DNA of 63,963 bases from Pyrinomonadaceae bacterium (GTDB taxonomy: Bacteria; Acidobacteriota; Blastocatellia; Pyrinomonadales; Pyrinomonadaceae): contig JBGTLE010000184.1 in assembly GCA_041744295.1 (NCBI GenBank), forward strand, positions 1 through 63,963. Direction: 5' to 3'. Of the stretch, positions 9,165 through 18,763 are shown one piece after another (position 1 is the first letter of the stretch; every line of letters begins with the position of its first letter). The position numbers and the translations under genes are program-made. The notes under the pieces were generated by a model, which saw only the letters and a list, made by a program, of their open reading frames with translations, searched no databases and was not told the origin of the DNA.

Positions 9165-10634
9165 ATGAAAGTTCTGCTGATCAACCCGGAATTTCCAGAT
9201 ACTTATTGGAGTTTCCGCCACGCACTCTCGTTCGAGGGTAAACGTTCTGCTTATCCGCCGCTTGGTCTGCTCACCGTGGCCGCTATGCTGCCGGCTTCGT
9301 GGGAAAGGCGCCTCGTCGATCTGGAAGTGCGCCGCCTGAAAAGCTCCGACATCGAATGGGCCGACATGGTTTTTATCACCGCGATGCTGGTGCAAAAAGA
9401 TGCACTCCTGCGAGTGATTGAACGCTGCCAGGCGTTCGGCAAGCGCGTAGTGATTGGTGGCCCATACGTTTCGACCACAGAACATCTGCCACCGGCAGAT
9501 CACATCTTTATTGGCGAAGCTGAGACGACGCTGCCAGAGTTTTTCGCTGACCTCGAGCGCGGCGAGGCAAAGCCCGTTTATCAAGCGACCGATAAACCAC
9601 CGCTGGCGCTGACGCCGGTGCCGCAATTCAGAATCGCCGACATGAACCGCTATGCGTCTATGTCGATACAGTATTCGCGCGGCTGTCCGTTCAATTGCGA
9701 GTTTTGCGACATCATCGAGATCTATGGACGCGTGCCCCGAACCAAGAGTAATCAACAGGTGATGGCTGAGTTGGATGCCCTCAAGCAAGTTGGTTGGTCC
9801 GGCACCGTTTTTATCGTCGACGATAACTTCATCGGCAACAAACGCAACGTGAAGAAGTTGATGCCCGATCTAATTCGCTGGCAGCAGGACAACAAGCATC
9901 CGTTTGCGCTGCTCACTGAGGCGAGCGTGAATCTCGCCGACGATCCGAGCCTGCTGAACTCAATGCGCGACGCCGGTTTCAATAGCGTTTTCCTGGGAAT
10001 TGAAACGCCCGTGGAAGAGAGTCTGAAAGAAGCACAGAAGACGCAGAACCGCGGCAACCTGCTCGAGTCAGTGAAAACGATTCAGAGCTATGGGATGGAA
10101 GTGATGGCGGGATTCATTGTCGGTTTTGACAACGACCCGGAAGACATTTTCCAACGCCAGATAAACTTCATTCGCGATAGCGCTATTCCGCTTGCCATGG
10201 TGGGATTGCTGACCGCATTGCCTGACACGCAGCTTTGGCGTCGGCTCAAGAAAGAAGGCCGGCTGCTGGCCGAAAGCAGTGGCAACAACACGAGCGCGTC
10301 ACTCAACTTCATTCCCAAGATGGATCCGGCATTTCTCGTCGACGGCTATCGCTCACTACTACAAACGATTTACGGTTCGAAAGAGTATTACCAGCGCGCG
10401 CAGGAGTGCATGCGTCGAGTGACACTCACCGCACCGGCAAATCGGATCAAAGTTGTGAAAAGCCTGATCTCGTTTTCGCGGCTCATTCTCAAACTTGGCG
10501 TGATGGACCGAGAGCGACGAGAGTTTTGGAGATACTTTCGCCGGACATTGATGGAGCATCGCGAAAGCTTTGCCCACTCAATGCGTCTGGCAGCGATGGG
10601 ATATCACTTTCGCAAGTTGACAGAAGGCTTGTAA
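9165..10634 (+). CDS. B12-binding domain-containing radical SAM protein
   Basis: ATG 9165 follows AGGAGG (9155-9160). There is an N-terminal B12-binding-like Rossmann segment and a CxxxCxxC cluster motif ([12 protein letters not shown]). The long C-terminal helical tail is typical of the DUF4070-type subgroup. Confidence 0.85.
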   Translation: MKVLLINPEFPDTYWSFRHALSFEGKRSAYPPLGLLTVAAMLPASWERRLVDLEVRRLKSSDIEWADMVFITAMLVQKDALLRVIERCQAFGKRVVIGGPYVSTTEHLPPADHIFIGEAETTLPEFFADLERGEAKPVYQATDKPPLALTPVPQFRIADMNRYASMSIQYSRGCPFNCEFCDIIEIYGRVPRTKSNQQVMAELDALKQVGWSGTVFIVDDNFIGNKRNVKKLMPDLIRWQQDNKHPFALLTEASVNLADDPSLLNSMRDAGFNSVFLGIETPVEESLKEAQKTQNRGNLLESVKTIQSYGMEVMAGFIVGFDNDPEDIFQRQINFIRDSAIPLAMVGLLTALPDTQLWRRLKKEGRLLAESSGNNTSASLNFIPKMDPAFLVDGYRSLLQTIYGSKEYYQRAQECMRRVTLTAPANRIKVVKSLISFSRLILKLGVMDRERREFWRYFRRTLMEHRESFAHSMRLAAMGYHFRKLTEGL

Positions 10635-10636
10635 GA

Positions 10637-10705
10637 AGATGTTAGGTGCTGGAGGTTAGATGTTAGTACTGACATCCAGCAGCTGACATCTCCCAGCTGA
10701 CATCT
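10637..10705. repeat. hairpin with CATCTNA-family arms
   Basis: agatgttaggtgctggaggttagatgttag (10637-10666) faces ctgacatccagcagctgacatctcccagctgacatct (10669-10705). It fills the rSAM/GH47 spacer. Confidence 0.85.
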
Positions 10706-10708
10706 CGC

Positions 10709-12115
10709 ATGCGACTAAGCACTCTTCTCCTCATCGTACTCATCTCGGCGCCGGCTGCTTTTCCTAAACGCGCGGTGGACCGTCGCGAACTCGCCGCGCA
10801 AGTCAAGGTAGAGTTTCTGCACGCGTGGAATGGTTATAAGAAACACGCCTGGGGTCATGACGATCTGAAGCCGCTCTCAAAGACCCATCATGACTGGTAC
10901 GCCGAACCGCTTTTGATGACTCCGGTCGATGCGTTGGATACGATGATCCTCATGGGTTTGACTGATGAAGCCGCGGCGACACGGCGCTACATCGTCGATC
11001 ACCTTTCGTTCGATAAAGATATTTCGGTTCAAAACTTCGAAGTCACGATCAGGCTGCTGGGTGGCTTGCTTTCCAGCTATCAACTAACTGGTGACAAGCG
11101 GTTGCTGGCGCTTGCCGAAGATCTGGGCCAGAGACTCTTACCCGTCTTCAATTCGCCCACCGGCCTTCCTTATCGCTACGTTAATCTGCGCACTGGGAAA
11201 GTGCGCGGCGAAGTAACCAATCCGGCGGAAACCGGCACGTTGCTTATTGAGTTCGGCACGCTCAGCAAACTCACCCGCAAGCCTGTCTTCTACGAGAAAG
11301 CCAAACGAGCCCTGGTCGAAACCTATAACCGCAGGTCGCCCATCGGTCTCGTCGGCACGCGCATAAATGTTGAGACTGGCAAGTGGACGAACACCGATAG
11401 TCACATCAGCGCCGAGATTGACAGTTACTACGAGTATCTCTTGAAGACCTGGCTGCTCTTCGGCGATCGGGATTGCAAGCGAATGTGGCTAGCAAGCGTT
11501 GACCCGCTTAATCGATTCCTTGCCGATGAAGTGGTTCGTGAGCCGGGCATATTCGGCCGACCGGAACTTTGGTATGGACATGCCGACATGAATACAGGGA
11601 AACGGACCACGAGTACTTACGGTGCGCTCGACGCTTTCTTTCCGGCGGTGCTGGCGCTGTCGGGTGATTTGGATCGCGCGCGGAGGCTGCAGGAGTCATC
11701 TTTCAAGATGTGGCAACTCCACGGCATTGAGCCCGAAGAGTTGGACTATCGAAAACTGGAAGTGCTTCACGCCGGTTATCCGTTGCGGCCGGAGATAGTT
11801 GAATCGACTTATTATCTCCACCACTACACGAAGGACCCTCGCTATCTCAAAATGGGTGAGCAACTCTTCGCAGATTTCGTTAAGCACTGCAGAACAGAAG
11901 CTGGATACGCGGCGCTTAAGAGCGTGATCACGAAAGAAAAATCCGATTCGATGCAGAGCTTTCTCTTCGCTGAGACGTTCAAGTATTTCTATCTATTATT
12001 TGCGCCCCCGCAGACGCTACGTTTTGATGACGTGATCTTCAACACGGAAGCACATCCGATAAAGAAGCAAACAGCGGACAGCAAACAGCAGATGATACTC
12101 AACTTCATAAGCTGA
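10709..12115 (+). CDS. glycoside hydrolase family 47 (class I alpha-1,2-mannosidase-like), secreted
   Basis: A signal-like N-terminus (MRLSTLLLIVLISAPAAF) is followed by GH47 blocks: FLHAWNGYKKHAWGHDDLKPLS, DALDTMILMGL, FEVTIRLLGGLLSSYQL, YYEYLLK and FNTEAHP. The last ~17 codons are encoded by the flanking repeat/element. Confidence 0.8.
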   Translation: MRLSTLLLIVLISAPAAFPKRAVDRRELAAQVKVEFLHAWNGYKKHAWGHDDLKPLSKTHHDWYAEPLLMTPVDALDTMILMGLTDEAAATRRYIVDHLSFDKDISVQNFEVTIRLLGGLLSSYQLTGDKRLLALAEDLGQRLLPVFNSPTGLPYRYVNLRTGKVRGEVTNPAETGTLLIEFGTLSKLTRKPVFYEKAKRALVETYNRRSPIGLVGTRINVETGKWTNTDSHISAEIDSYYEYLLKTWLLFGDRDCKRMWLASVDPLNRFLADEVVREPGIFGRPELWYGHADMNTGKRTTSTYGALDAFFPAVLALSGDLDRARRLQESSFKMWQLHGIEPEELDYRKLEVLHAGYPLRPEIVESTYYLHHYTKDPRYLKMGEQLFADFVKHCRTEAGYAALKSVITKEKSDSMQSFLFAETFKYFYLLFAPPQTLRFDDVIFNTEAHPIKKQTADSKQQMILNFIS

Positions 12116-12328
12116 TCCCAAACTCATCTGGAGATATCGAGCGAGTTCGATGTCTCCTCCTCGTCCAAATCCTTCCGCAATGTTAGCGGCGATCGACGAA
12201 CTCGCTCGCCTAAGCTGGCTTGTAATTCCGTAAAGTTCATCTTTTGGAAAAACTCTAGTCTCTTTGTAGATATTGAGCGTTAAGAAATGGGCATTTTCCC
12301 AGACTTGGATCTGTCTGAAATCTCGCAT
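12017..12328 (-). pseudogene. four-helix-bundle protein (23S rRNA intervening-sequence protein family), C-terminally truncated
   Basis: ATG 12326-12328 follows AAGGAG. The product reads MRDFRQIQVWENAHFLTLNIYKETRVFPKDELYGITSQLRRASSSIAANIAEGFGRGG...LGSAYEVEYHLL, which matches the family. Homology then stops where the GCTGTT repeat begins (~12070). The remaining frame reads through the repeat and the antisense of GH47. Confidence 0.6.
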
Positions 12329-12582
12329 GTGAGGAACTCCTTGTGTGAGGTCGTAATAACGCAAACAGCGGGCGGTCAGAATTAAAGAAGTTCTGCCCAC
12401 CCGCTGTTCATTCAAAGCGTTCGCATTCGCCGCCGGACCCATCGGAGATGTCGCTCCATTAACGCCTTCTGGCTGTTTGCTGTTTGCTGTTCGCTGTTCG
12501 CTGTTCGCTGTTTGCTGTTTGCTGTTCGCTGTTCGCTGTTCGCTGTTTGCTGTTTGCTGTTCGCTGTTCGCTGTTCGCTGTT
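12067..12582. repeat. GCTGTT[T/C] inverted arms bracketing the four-helix-bundle gene remnant
   Basis: The left arm is gcaaacagcggacagcaaacagcag (12067-12091). The right arm is a 112-bp tandem array of about 16 GCTGTTT/GCTGTTC units (12471-12582) that ends 3 nt before the peptidase stop codon. Confidence 0.9.
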
Positions 12583-12585
12583 AGC

Positions 12586-14817
12586 TTACTTAACGTCCAC
12601 TCCCAGATTGTAAAGAATGAACGAGTAGATATCAGCCGTCGTCTCGATCGCTTTTTTGGTGTTGCTGGCGCCGTGACCTGACTTGGTATCGATTCGGATC
12701 AAGACCGGGGCATCCCCGCCGTGCATCGCCTGAAGTGTCGCCGCATACTTAAACGAATGCGCCGGCACCACTCGATCGTCGTGATCAGCCGTCGTGATCA
12801 GCGTTGCCGGATATTTCGTACCGGCTTTCAGGTTATGAAGCGGTGAGTAGGCACGCAGCGCTTTGTATTCATCTGCGTTGTCGCTCGAGCCGTAGTCAGC
12901 AATCCAGTTCCAGCCAATCGTGAACTTGTGAAACCGCAGCATGTCCATGACCCCCACCTGCGGAATCGCAACCTTGTAGAGTTCCGGGCGCTGATTCATA
13001 ACCGCACCAACCAGCAGCCCGCCGTTGGAACCACCCTGAATCGCAAGTTTCTGCGACGACGTGTAGTTCTTCGCGATCAGGTACTCGGCCGCGGCGATGA
13101 AGTCGTCAAACACATTCTGCTTTTGCAACTTCGTTCCGGCCTCATGCCACTTCTCGCCGTACTCGCCGCCACCGCGAATGTTTGCCGACGCGTAAATCAC
13201 GCCTTGTTCCAAAAGGCCCATTCGCAACGAACTGAATCCCGGCGAAGTGGTGATGTTGAAGCCGCCGTACGCGTAAAGCAACGTCGGATTGTTCCCGTCC
13301 AGCTTCAGCCCTTTCTTGTAGACCAGGAACATCGGCACCCGCGTACCGTCTTTACTGTTGAAGAAGACCTGCTTGGTTTCGTAATCCGTCGACTTGAAGC
13401 CCGGGATTTCGGGAGCACGGAACAGCGTCGACTTCTTCGTAGCGATGTCATACTTGTAGATCGTCGGCGGAAAATTGAATGACGTAAAAGTATAGAAGAT
13501 GAATTTGTCATCCATCCTGCCGCCGAATCCGCCTGCCGACCCAAGACCGGGCAGTTGGATCTCATTCTCGAGTTTACCGTCCAGGCTGTAGACGTACGCT
13601 CGCGTCGTCACGTCTTTCAGATAGTTAACGAACAATTTTCCACCAGCCGTGCCGGCGCCCCGCAGCGGTTCTGGCTTCTCCGGAATGATCTCTTTCCAAT
13701 CGGTCGGATTCTTGGGATCGAAAAGCACGATGCGACCGTTGGGAGCTTTGTGATCAGTCTCGATCAGAAACTTGTCGCCCACGTTCTCAATCACGCTGTA
13801 ACTGTCGTTGCCCACTTCGCCGACGATTGGTATCCAGTTCTTGTTACTGCTCTTCATGTCACGATAGAAAACAGCATTCCCCTTTTTGCCTTTGCCGCGC
13901 TCTGAAATTGTGAGCAGTGCAAAACGCTCGTCATCGGTGGTCCCGACCGTGTGAAAGCGTTGCGGGTTCACCCTGTCTTCATAGGCCAACTCGTCAGCCG
14001 CCTGCGACGTGCCGAGCTTGTGATAAAAGACCTGGTGGTTCTCATTTTTGGAAGTGAGTTCTTTGCCTTTTTCCGGCGCCGGATAACGACTGTAGAAGAA
14101 CCCATCACCGGCCCACGCCGCGCCAGAGACTTTCACCCATTCGATCTTGTCCGACTGAGTCTGTTTCGTCGCCACGTCCATCACGAAATATTCCTGCCAG
14201 TCAGAACCCCCTTTGGAGATTCCATAGACTGCTTTCCGGCCATTCTCTGACAGCACAAACGTGCCCAACCGCGACGTGCCATCCTCAGAGAGCTTGTTAG
14301 GATCGATCAGAACTTCAGGCGTGCCGTCCAGGCCTTTCTGGATGTAGAGCACACTCTGATTCTGCAGCCCATCGTTTTTAGAGAAGATGAAATATTCGCC
14401 GCGTCGCGAAGGCGATGAGTACTTTGGATAGTTATAGAGAGCTTCGAGCCGAGTCGCGAGTTGCTTCCGAAACGGAATTCGCTCGAGGTACGAGAACGTA
14501 ACTTTGTTTTGCGCCTCAACCCACGAAGCCGTTTCCGCGGAATTCTCGTCCTCCAGCCAGCGATAAGGATCGGCCACTGTCTCGCCGTGATAGGTGTCTA
14601 CATGTTCAACCTTCTTCGCTATCGGATAGGCAAGCCGGGCAGCGTCGCCGGCAGTATCACCGGACGAAGGGCTGGCAGTGGTCGCGGGCTTCTGACCGCT
14701 TTGCGCGCTGACGAGGCGAGCCAGCGGCACTGACGCAACACCAAGGGCGAAAGCAATCAGCGCATAAAGAAAAAATTTGCGAGTGGGATTTGCGAACAAG
14801 CGACTATCTCTCTTCAT
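12586..14817 (-). CDS. prolyl oligopeptidase (peptidase S9A), secreted
   Basis: 743 aa. N-terminal signal/TM segment, conserved DPYRWLED near the N-terminus, and a catalytic serine motif in IQGGSNGGLLVG with the C-terminal triad region DDRV...SGHG. Confidence 0.9.
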   Translation of the reverse strand: MKRDSRLFANPTRKFFLYALIAFALGVASVPLARLVSAQSGQKPATTASPSSGDTAGDAARLAYPIAKKVEHVDTYHGETVADPYRWLEDENSAETASWVEAQNKVTFSYLERIPFRKQLATRLEALYNYPKYSSPSRRGEYFIFSKNDGLQNQSVLYIQKGLDGTPEVLIDPNKLSEDGTSRLGTFVLSENGRKAVYGISKGGSDWQEYFVMDVATKQTQSDKIEWVKVSGAAWAGDGFFYSRYPAPEKGKELTSKNENHQVFYHKLGTSQAADELAYEDRVNPQRFHTVGTTDDERFALLTISERGKGKKGNAVFYRDMKSSNKNWIPIVGEVGNDSYSVIENVGDKFLIETDHKAPNGRIVLFDPKNPTDWKEIIPEKPEPLRGAGTAGGKLFVNYLKDVTTRAYVYSLDGKLENEIQLPGLGSAGGFGGRMDDKFIFYTFTSFNFPPTIYKYDIATKKSTLFRAPEIPGFKSTDYETKQVFFNSKDGTRVPMFLVYKKGLKLDGNNPTLLYAYGGFNITTSPGFSSLRMGLLEQGVIYASANIRGGGEYGEKWHEAGTKLQKQNVFDDFIAAAEYLIAKNYTSSQKLAIQGGSNGGLLVGAVMNQRPELYKVAIPQVGVMDMLRFHKFTIGWNWIADYGSSDNADEYKALRAYSPLHNLKAGTKYPATLITTADHDDRVVPAHSFKYAATLQAMHGGDAPVLIRIDTKSGHGASNTKKAIETTADIYSFILYNLGVDVK

Positions 14818-14933
14818 ATTAATTGTCTCCGTAAGGGCGGGTCTGAATTTCCGCTACTTTAAACGAGCTGGATTGAAACTCAAAGATGAAATGCCGTACT
14901 CCAAAATCTCGGAGATGAATACGGATTTATGTA

Positions 14934-15107
14934 AGCGAACCGCAAACAGCAAACAGCCAGAACATCTTGATTGCGGCTGACACACCAAAAATGCTCTTGC
15001 TGGTACTACGGTCGGAACGTCCTGGACCCTTCCGCACCTCGGACGGCTCGGCTGCAACTACGTTGTTCTGGCTGTTTGCTGTTCGCTGTTTGCTGTTCGC
15101 TGTTTGC
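14934..15107. repeat. GCTGTT-family inverted arms with a short palindromic core
   Basis: gcgaaccgcaaacagcaaacagcc (14934-14958) faces ggctgtttgctgttcgctgtttgctgttcgctgtttgc (15070-15107). The core begins agaacatcttgattgcggctg and ends cggctgcaactacgttgttct. Confidence 0.85.
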
Positions 15108-15350
15108 TTTAATGTGATTGATAATCCGCATGGAGGCGAGGTTGACGGGCCGCTATGGTCAGCCTCAGAGCGGGAATGTTGAAAAACTAAACGACCACCT
15201 ATCAAAGACGATTTTGTCCGCTGTCTAAGACTTCGCTGTCGGCCTCTTCGTGATCGCGATTCTGTTTCCGGTTGCTTTTTACCATCATGGCTGGAGCATC
15301 TGGCTCACGTTTGATCATCTGGTGGAAACTCTGCCAAAGAACTGAATTGG

Positions 15351-15519
15351 GCAGAGGACAGAGATCAGAGGTCAGAGGTCAGAGTTCAGAGGGCACAATC
15401 AGGCATGGGATACTGATCCAAAAGTCTCCTCATGGTCTCTGACCTTTGACTTTGACCTCTGATCTCTGACCTCTGATCTCTGACCTCTGATCTCTGGCCT
15501 CTGACCTCTGGCCTCTGAC
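15351..15519. repeat. CAGAGGT-family inverted simple-repeat arms
   Basis: gcagaggacagagatcagaggtcagaggtcagagttcagaggg (15351-15393) faces an ~83-bp array of ctctgac/ctctgat units (15437-15519). Confidence 0.9.
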
Positions 15520-15713
15520 AGAGCCCCGGTGGTAATATCCCCTCACAAACCAATGTTCAACCCGCAACCACTCCATTTCCGCCCGCTCGACAGTCGCGTC
15601 AATCTCTTCGCTGACTAGTTTCCCTGCTGCTTAAATCTCTGTCGTTTTCAATCATTTCAATAAGAGTGCGGACGTCTTTCAGTCACCCGTCCCGATTCAA
15701 AAGGAGAGTTTTA

Positions 15714-17069
15714 ATGTCGACCATTATGACAGCGGCCAAGCGCCCAGAGATCAAGACCACGTTGCCCGGCCCGAAAGGTCAGGAGATCATCGCCGCGGAC
15801 GCACAATTCGTTACTCCGTCTTATCCGCGACCGGCCTTCAAGCTCGTAGCTGAACGAGCCCAGGGTGTTTGGGTCGAAGACGTAGATGGAAACATTTTTC
15901 TCGACTGCAACGCCGGAGTGGCAGTCTGTTCAACAGGGCATTGTCATCCGGAAGTGGTGAGCGCGATTCAGAAGCAGGCCGCAGAATTGATTCACATGTG
16001 CGGCACGGATTATTTCTACCGTCACATGCCGGCGCTCGCGCAAAAGTTGGACGAGATTGTCCCGGTGCAATCGCCGACGAAGACGCATTTTGCTAATAGC
16101 GGCACTGAAGCGGTTGAGACAGCATTGAAACTCGCCATGCATGCCACCGGTCGCGAAAAGTTCATCGCGTTCTTCAACAGTTTTCACGGCCGGACGTTGG
16201 GATCTCTATCGCTGACTTCTTCACGGTCAGCGCAGCGAAAGGGATTCAAGCGACAAGCGCTCGACGTAGTTCACGTTCCTTATCCGAATGAGTTTCGCAA
16301 TCCTTTCAGCGCGGCGGATTGTGGCGATGGCGGAGCGGCGCAGGGAGCATTGAATTGGATCGAAGAGAGACTATTCAAGACCACGACGCCGCCAGAGGAA
16401 GTGGCGGCCATTGTCGTCGAAGCGGTACAAGGCGAAGGCGGCTACGTTCCGGCGCCGAAGAGTTTTATGCAAGGCCTGCGCAGAATTTGTGACCAGCACG
16501 GCATTCTGCTGATCGTCGACGAGGTGCAGTCAGGCATGGGTCGCACCGGAAAGATGTTTGCCTGTGACCATTACGATGTGAAAGCCGACATCGTTACCAT
16601 TGCCAAAGGCATTGGCTCGGGCTTGCCGATCGGCGCCTGCGTTGCGCGTGCGGACTTGATGACCTGGAAACCCGGCGCGCATGCGTCCACATTCGGAGGA
16701 AATCCTGTCTGTATTGCGTCCGCGTTAAAGACGATTGAGTTGCTTGAAGGTGGCCTGGTAAAGAACAGTGCGGACGTCGGCGCCTACCTGAAGGCTGGTT
16801 TGGAAAAGCTCATGACGAAGTACGATTGCATTGGCGATGTTCGCGGCATGGGATTGATGATCGGGGTTGAGTTTGTAACCGATCGCGCCTCAAACAAGGC
16901 CGCACCCGAATTGCGTGACCGAGTTGAGATGGCGTGTTTCGAACGTGGCCTGATCATTCTCGGCGCCGGAGCGAATACGATTCGCTGGTCGCCGCCATTG
17001 ATACTTTCCAAAGAGAATGTAGACGTGGCGCTGGAGATTTTCGAAGCAGCGATTAAGGCATCGGTCTAG
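15714..17069 (+). CDS. class III PLP aminotransferase (4-aminobutyrate/acetylornithine aminotransferase-like)
   Basis: ATG 15714 follows AAGGAG (15701-15706). Class III motifs are present: NSGTEAVETALKLA, LLIVDEVQSGMGRTGKMFA and STFGGNP. Confidence 0.85.
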   Translation: MSTIMTAAKRPEIKTTLPGPKGQEIIAADAQFVTPSYPRPAFKLVAERAQGVWVEDVDGNIFLDCNAGVAVCSTGHCHPEVVSAIQKQAAELIHMCGTDYFYRHMPALAQKLDEIVPVQSPTKTHFANSGTEAVETALKLAMHATGREKFIAFFNSFHGRTLGSLSLTSSRSAQRKGFKRQALDVVHVPYPNEFRNPFSAADCGDGGAAQGALNWIEERLFKTTTPPEEVAAIVVEAVQGEGGYVPAPKSFMQGLRRICDQHGILLIVDEVQSGMGRTGKMFACDHYDVKADIVTIAKGIGSGLPIGACVARADLMTWKPGAHASTFGGNPVCIASALKTIELLEGGLVKNSADVGAYLKAGLEKLMTKYDCIGDVRGMGLMIGVEFVTDRASNKAAPELRDRVEMACFERGLIILGAGANTIRWSPPLILSKENVDVALEIFEAAIKASV

Positions 17070-17129
17070 ACCAGTGAGTGCTGTTTGTCGCTCACTTAAA
17101 GCGTTTTCAACCCGTAGAATTTTGGCAGG

Positions 17130-18707
17130 TTATTGGTTTTTGCGAGGACGGCGACGGCGGATTGGCGAGCGTTCTTTCAGTAGGTCGGTATGTCTTGACT
17201 CGATAACATAAGCAAGACCTTGGTAGCTCATACCCAACAAAGATGCGGCATGTGTGACGCTACCATTAGCTTGAGCCAATGCTTGTCTAATCATTGCCCG
17301 TTCGGTCTCGAGCATTTTTCGCTGTAGATCGCGCGGTTTACTTAAAAGAACTTCGCTCGCTTGCTCTGCGTTTAATTCTCCGCGCAAACTTGAAGCAAGT
17401 TTGCCCGCTGCCTCATTCAGCCTAAGTAGTATTTCTTGTTCTTCGGATTTTGAGAGCCATTCACGCGCCCGATCATAGGCGGCCTGTAGCATGGTCGGTT
17501 GTAGTTGATCTATCTCTTCGATCAAGGTGAGCGCCGCGAGTCCGGCCTTGGGGAAGGCGCCTGCCTGGATTGCGATTTCGTAAGCCCTTTGAAGAATAAA
17601 CTGCGCGCGTTCCTGCCTACCTAATCGCGCTAACGCAATGCCTTGAGTAATCAATGCGTCTACTACCAAACATTGATGACCACTTGTCTGTAAGGCTAGC
17701 ACTGCTCTACGTGCGACTACTTCGGCTTGGTCTGGCTTGCCTTGTGCTAGAAAAACCTGCGCCCGCGATTCATCGATTTGCGCGGTTCGCGCCTTATCCT
17801 TGAACCTAACCGACAGGCGTCTGGCTTCGTCAAGGCATCTGTGCGCTTCTTTGAAGCGAGATAGGCTAGAAAGAAGAAGGCCCGCGTTATTCTTAACATC
17901 GGCTCGAAAAACAGGGTTCTGAGCGACCTTGTAATACTGATCGGCCTTCTGGAACTCAACTATTGCTTGCTGAATGTACTCCGTTCGTTTTTCTGACTTG
18001 GCGATGTTGCGAAGGGCGATAGCCATTTGACCGTGGTAGATGCCTCTGAATGTGTCGTTATCAATCCTCTGAAAAAGACTCGCATTGTCGGTCAGGATTC
18101 TTAAGGCTTCGTGGTTACGCGAGGCTGAGAATTCTATAGTTGTTAATTTGAGCAGCGCCCTAGCCCTAGTGATACCCTCCGTGGTGAGTTTTTCGAGTGC
18201 CTCGCAGAGCGTGATTCGCGCTTCGTTTAATTCGCCAGCCCTCCAATAGCAATAGGCGATCTCTGTCCGAGCCTCTGCAATCTTCTTTTGATCGCCAACC
18301 GACTCGAAATAGGTAATGCTCTCGGTAATTAGATCCTTCGCAGTTTCCTGTGCTTCTTTGATCTGAGATTTGCTACCGATCCAGCCGGTCAAGATTCCAG
18401 CACAAAGCAACACTTCGGCTGCCACGGACGGGTGCAGTCCTGCCGTTTCGGGCCGGCTGCCCACCCCGCGCCACAAACGCCGGATCGCGTCTTGCGCGCT
18501 TTCGTAATTGCCCGAATCTTTCCGTTCAAGCGCAGCTTGACACCTCACCAGGGCTTCTTCGTTGGCCGTTAGGTGGGAAGTGTGCAGTTTTGGTGAGGCT
18601 ATCTTCAACAGACAAACCTTCTTGCAGTGAGTAGTAAGAACTGTTGCTGCCAGCGGCAGGATATTAGTCCTAGTCGCGCTGCCCTGCAACAAGTTTGCCT
18701 TCTGCAC
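17130..18707 (-). CDS. TPR-repeat protein with C-terminal Fis-type helix-turn-helix
   Basis: About 450 aa of TPR-like helical repeats (e.g. IAYCYWRAGELNEARITL, YYKVAQNPVFRADVKNNAGLLL). The C-terminal HTH is MIRQALAQANGSVTHAASLLGMSYQGLAYVI. The start is uncertain: GTG 18707 would leave only 56 bp to the divergent gene. Confidence 0.6.
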   Translation of the reverse strand: MQKANLLQGSATRTNILPLAATVLTTHCKKVCLLKIASPKLHTSHLTANEEALVRCQAALERKDSGNYESAQDAIRRLWRGVGSRPETAGLHPSVAAEVLLCAGILTGWIGSKSQIKEAQETAKDLITESITYFESVGDQKKIAEARTEIAYCYWRAGELNEARITLCEALEKLTTEGITRARALLKLTTIEFSASRNHEALRILTDNASLFQRIDNDTFRGIYHGQMAIALRNIAKSEKRTEYIQQAIVEFQKADQYYKVAQNPVFRADVKNNAGLLLSSLSRFKEAHRCLDEARRLSVRFKDKARTAQIDESRAQVFLAQGKPDQAEVVARRAVLALQTSGHQCLVVDALITQGIALARLGRQERAQFILQRAYEIAIQAGAFPKAGLAALTLIEEIDQLQPTMLQAAYDRAREWLSKSEEQEILLRLNEAAGKLASSLRGELNAEQASEVLLSKPRDLQRKMLETERAMIRQALAQANGSVTHAASLLGMSYQGLAYVIESRHTDLLKERSPIRRRRPRKNQ

Positions 18708-18763
18708 TATGCTGTCTCGTTACAAGTAGTCTTGCATCGGCTCAACTTAAAAAGGAGAACAGC

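Noticed and set aside
12471-12582. Tandem arrays of short repeats (here and at 15437-15519, 61862-61919 and 34690-34893) considered as possible CRISPR arrays
   Set aside because: The units are only ~7 nt (6 nt in the Thr-Pro tract) and are contiguous, with no unique spacers. No cas genes are present. The 34690-34893 tract is in-frame coding sequence.
12484-12681. 65-aa ORF reading LFAVRCSLFAVCCSLFAVRC…, and similar ORFs at 14927-15205, 14967-15182 and 61791-62066
   Set aside because: These are translations of the simple-repeat arms. They have periodic low-complexity sequence and no start context, and they overlap better-supported features.
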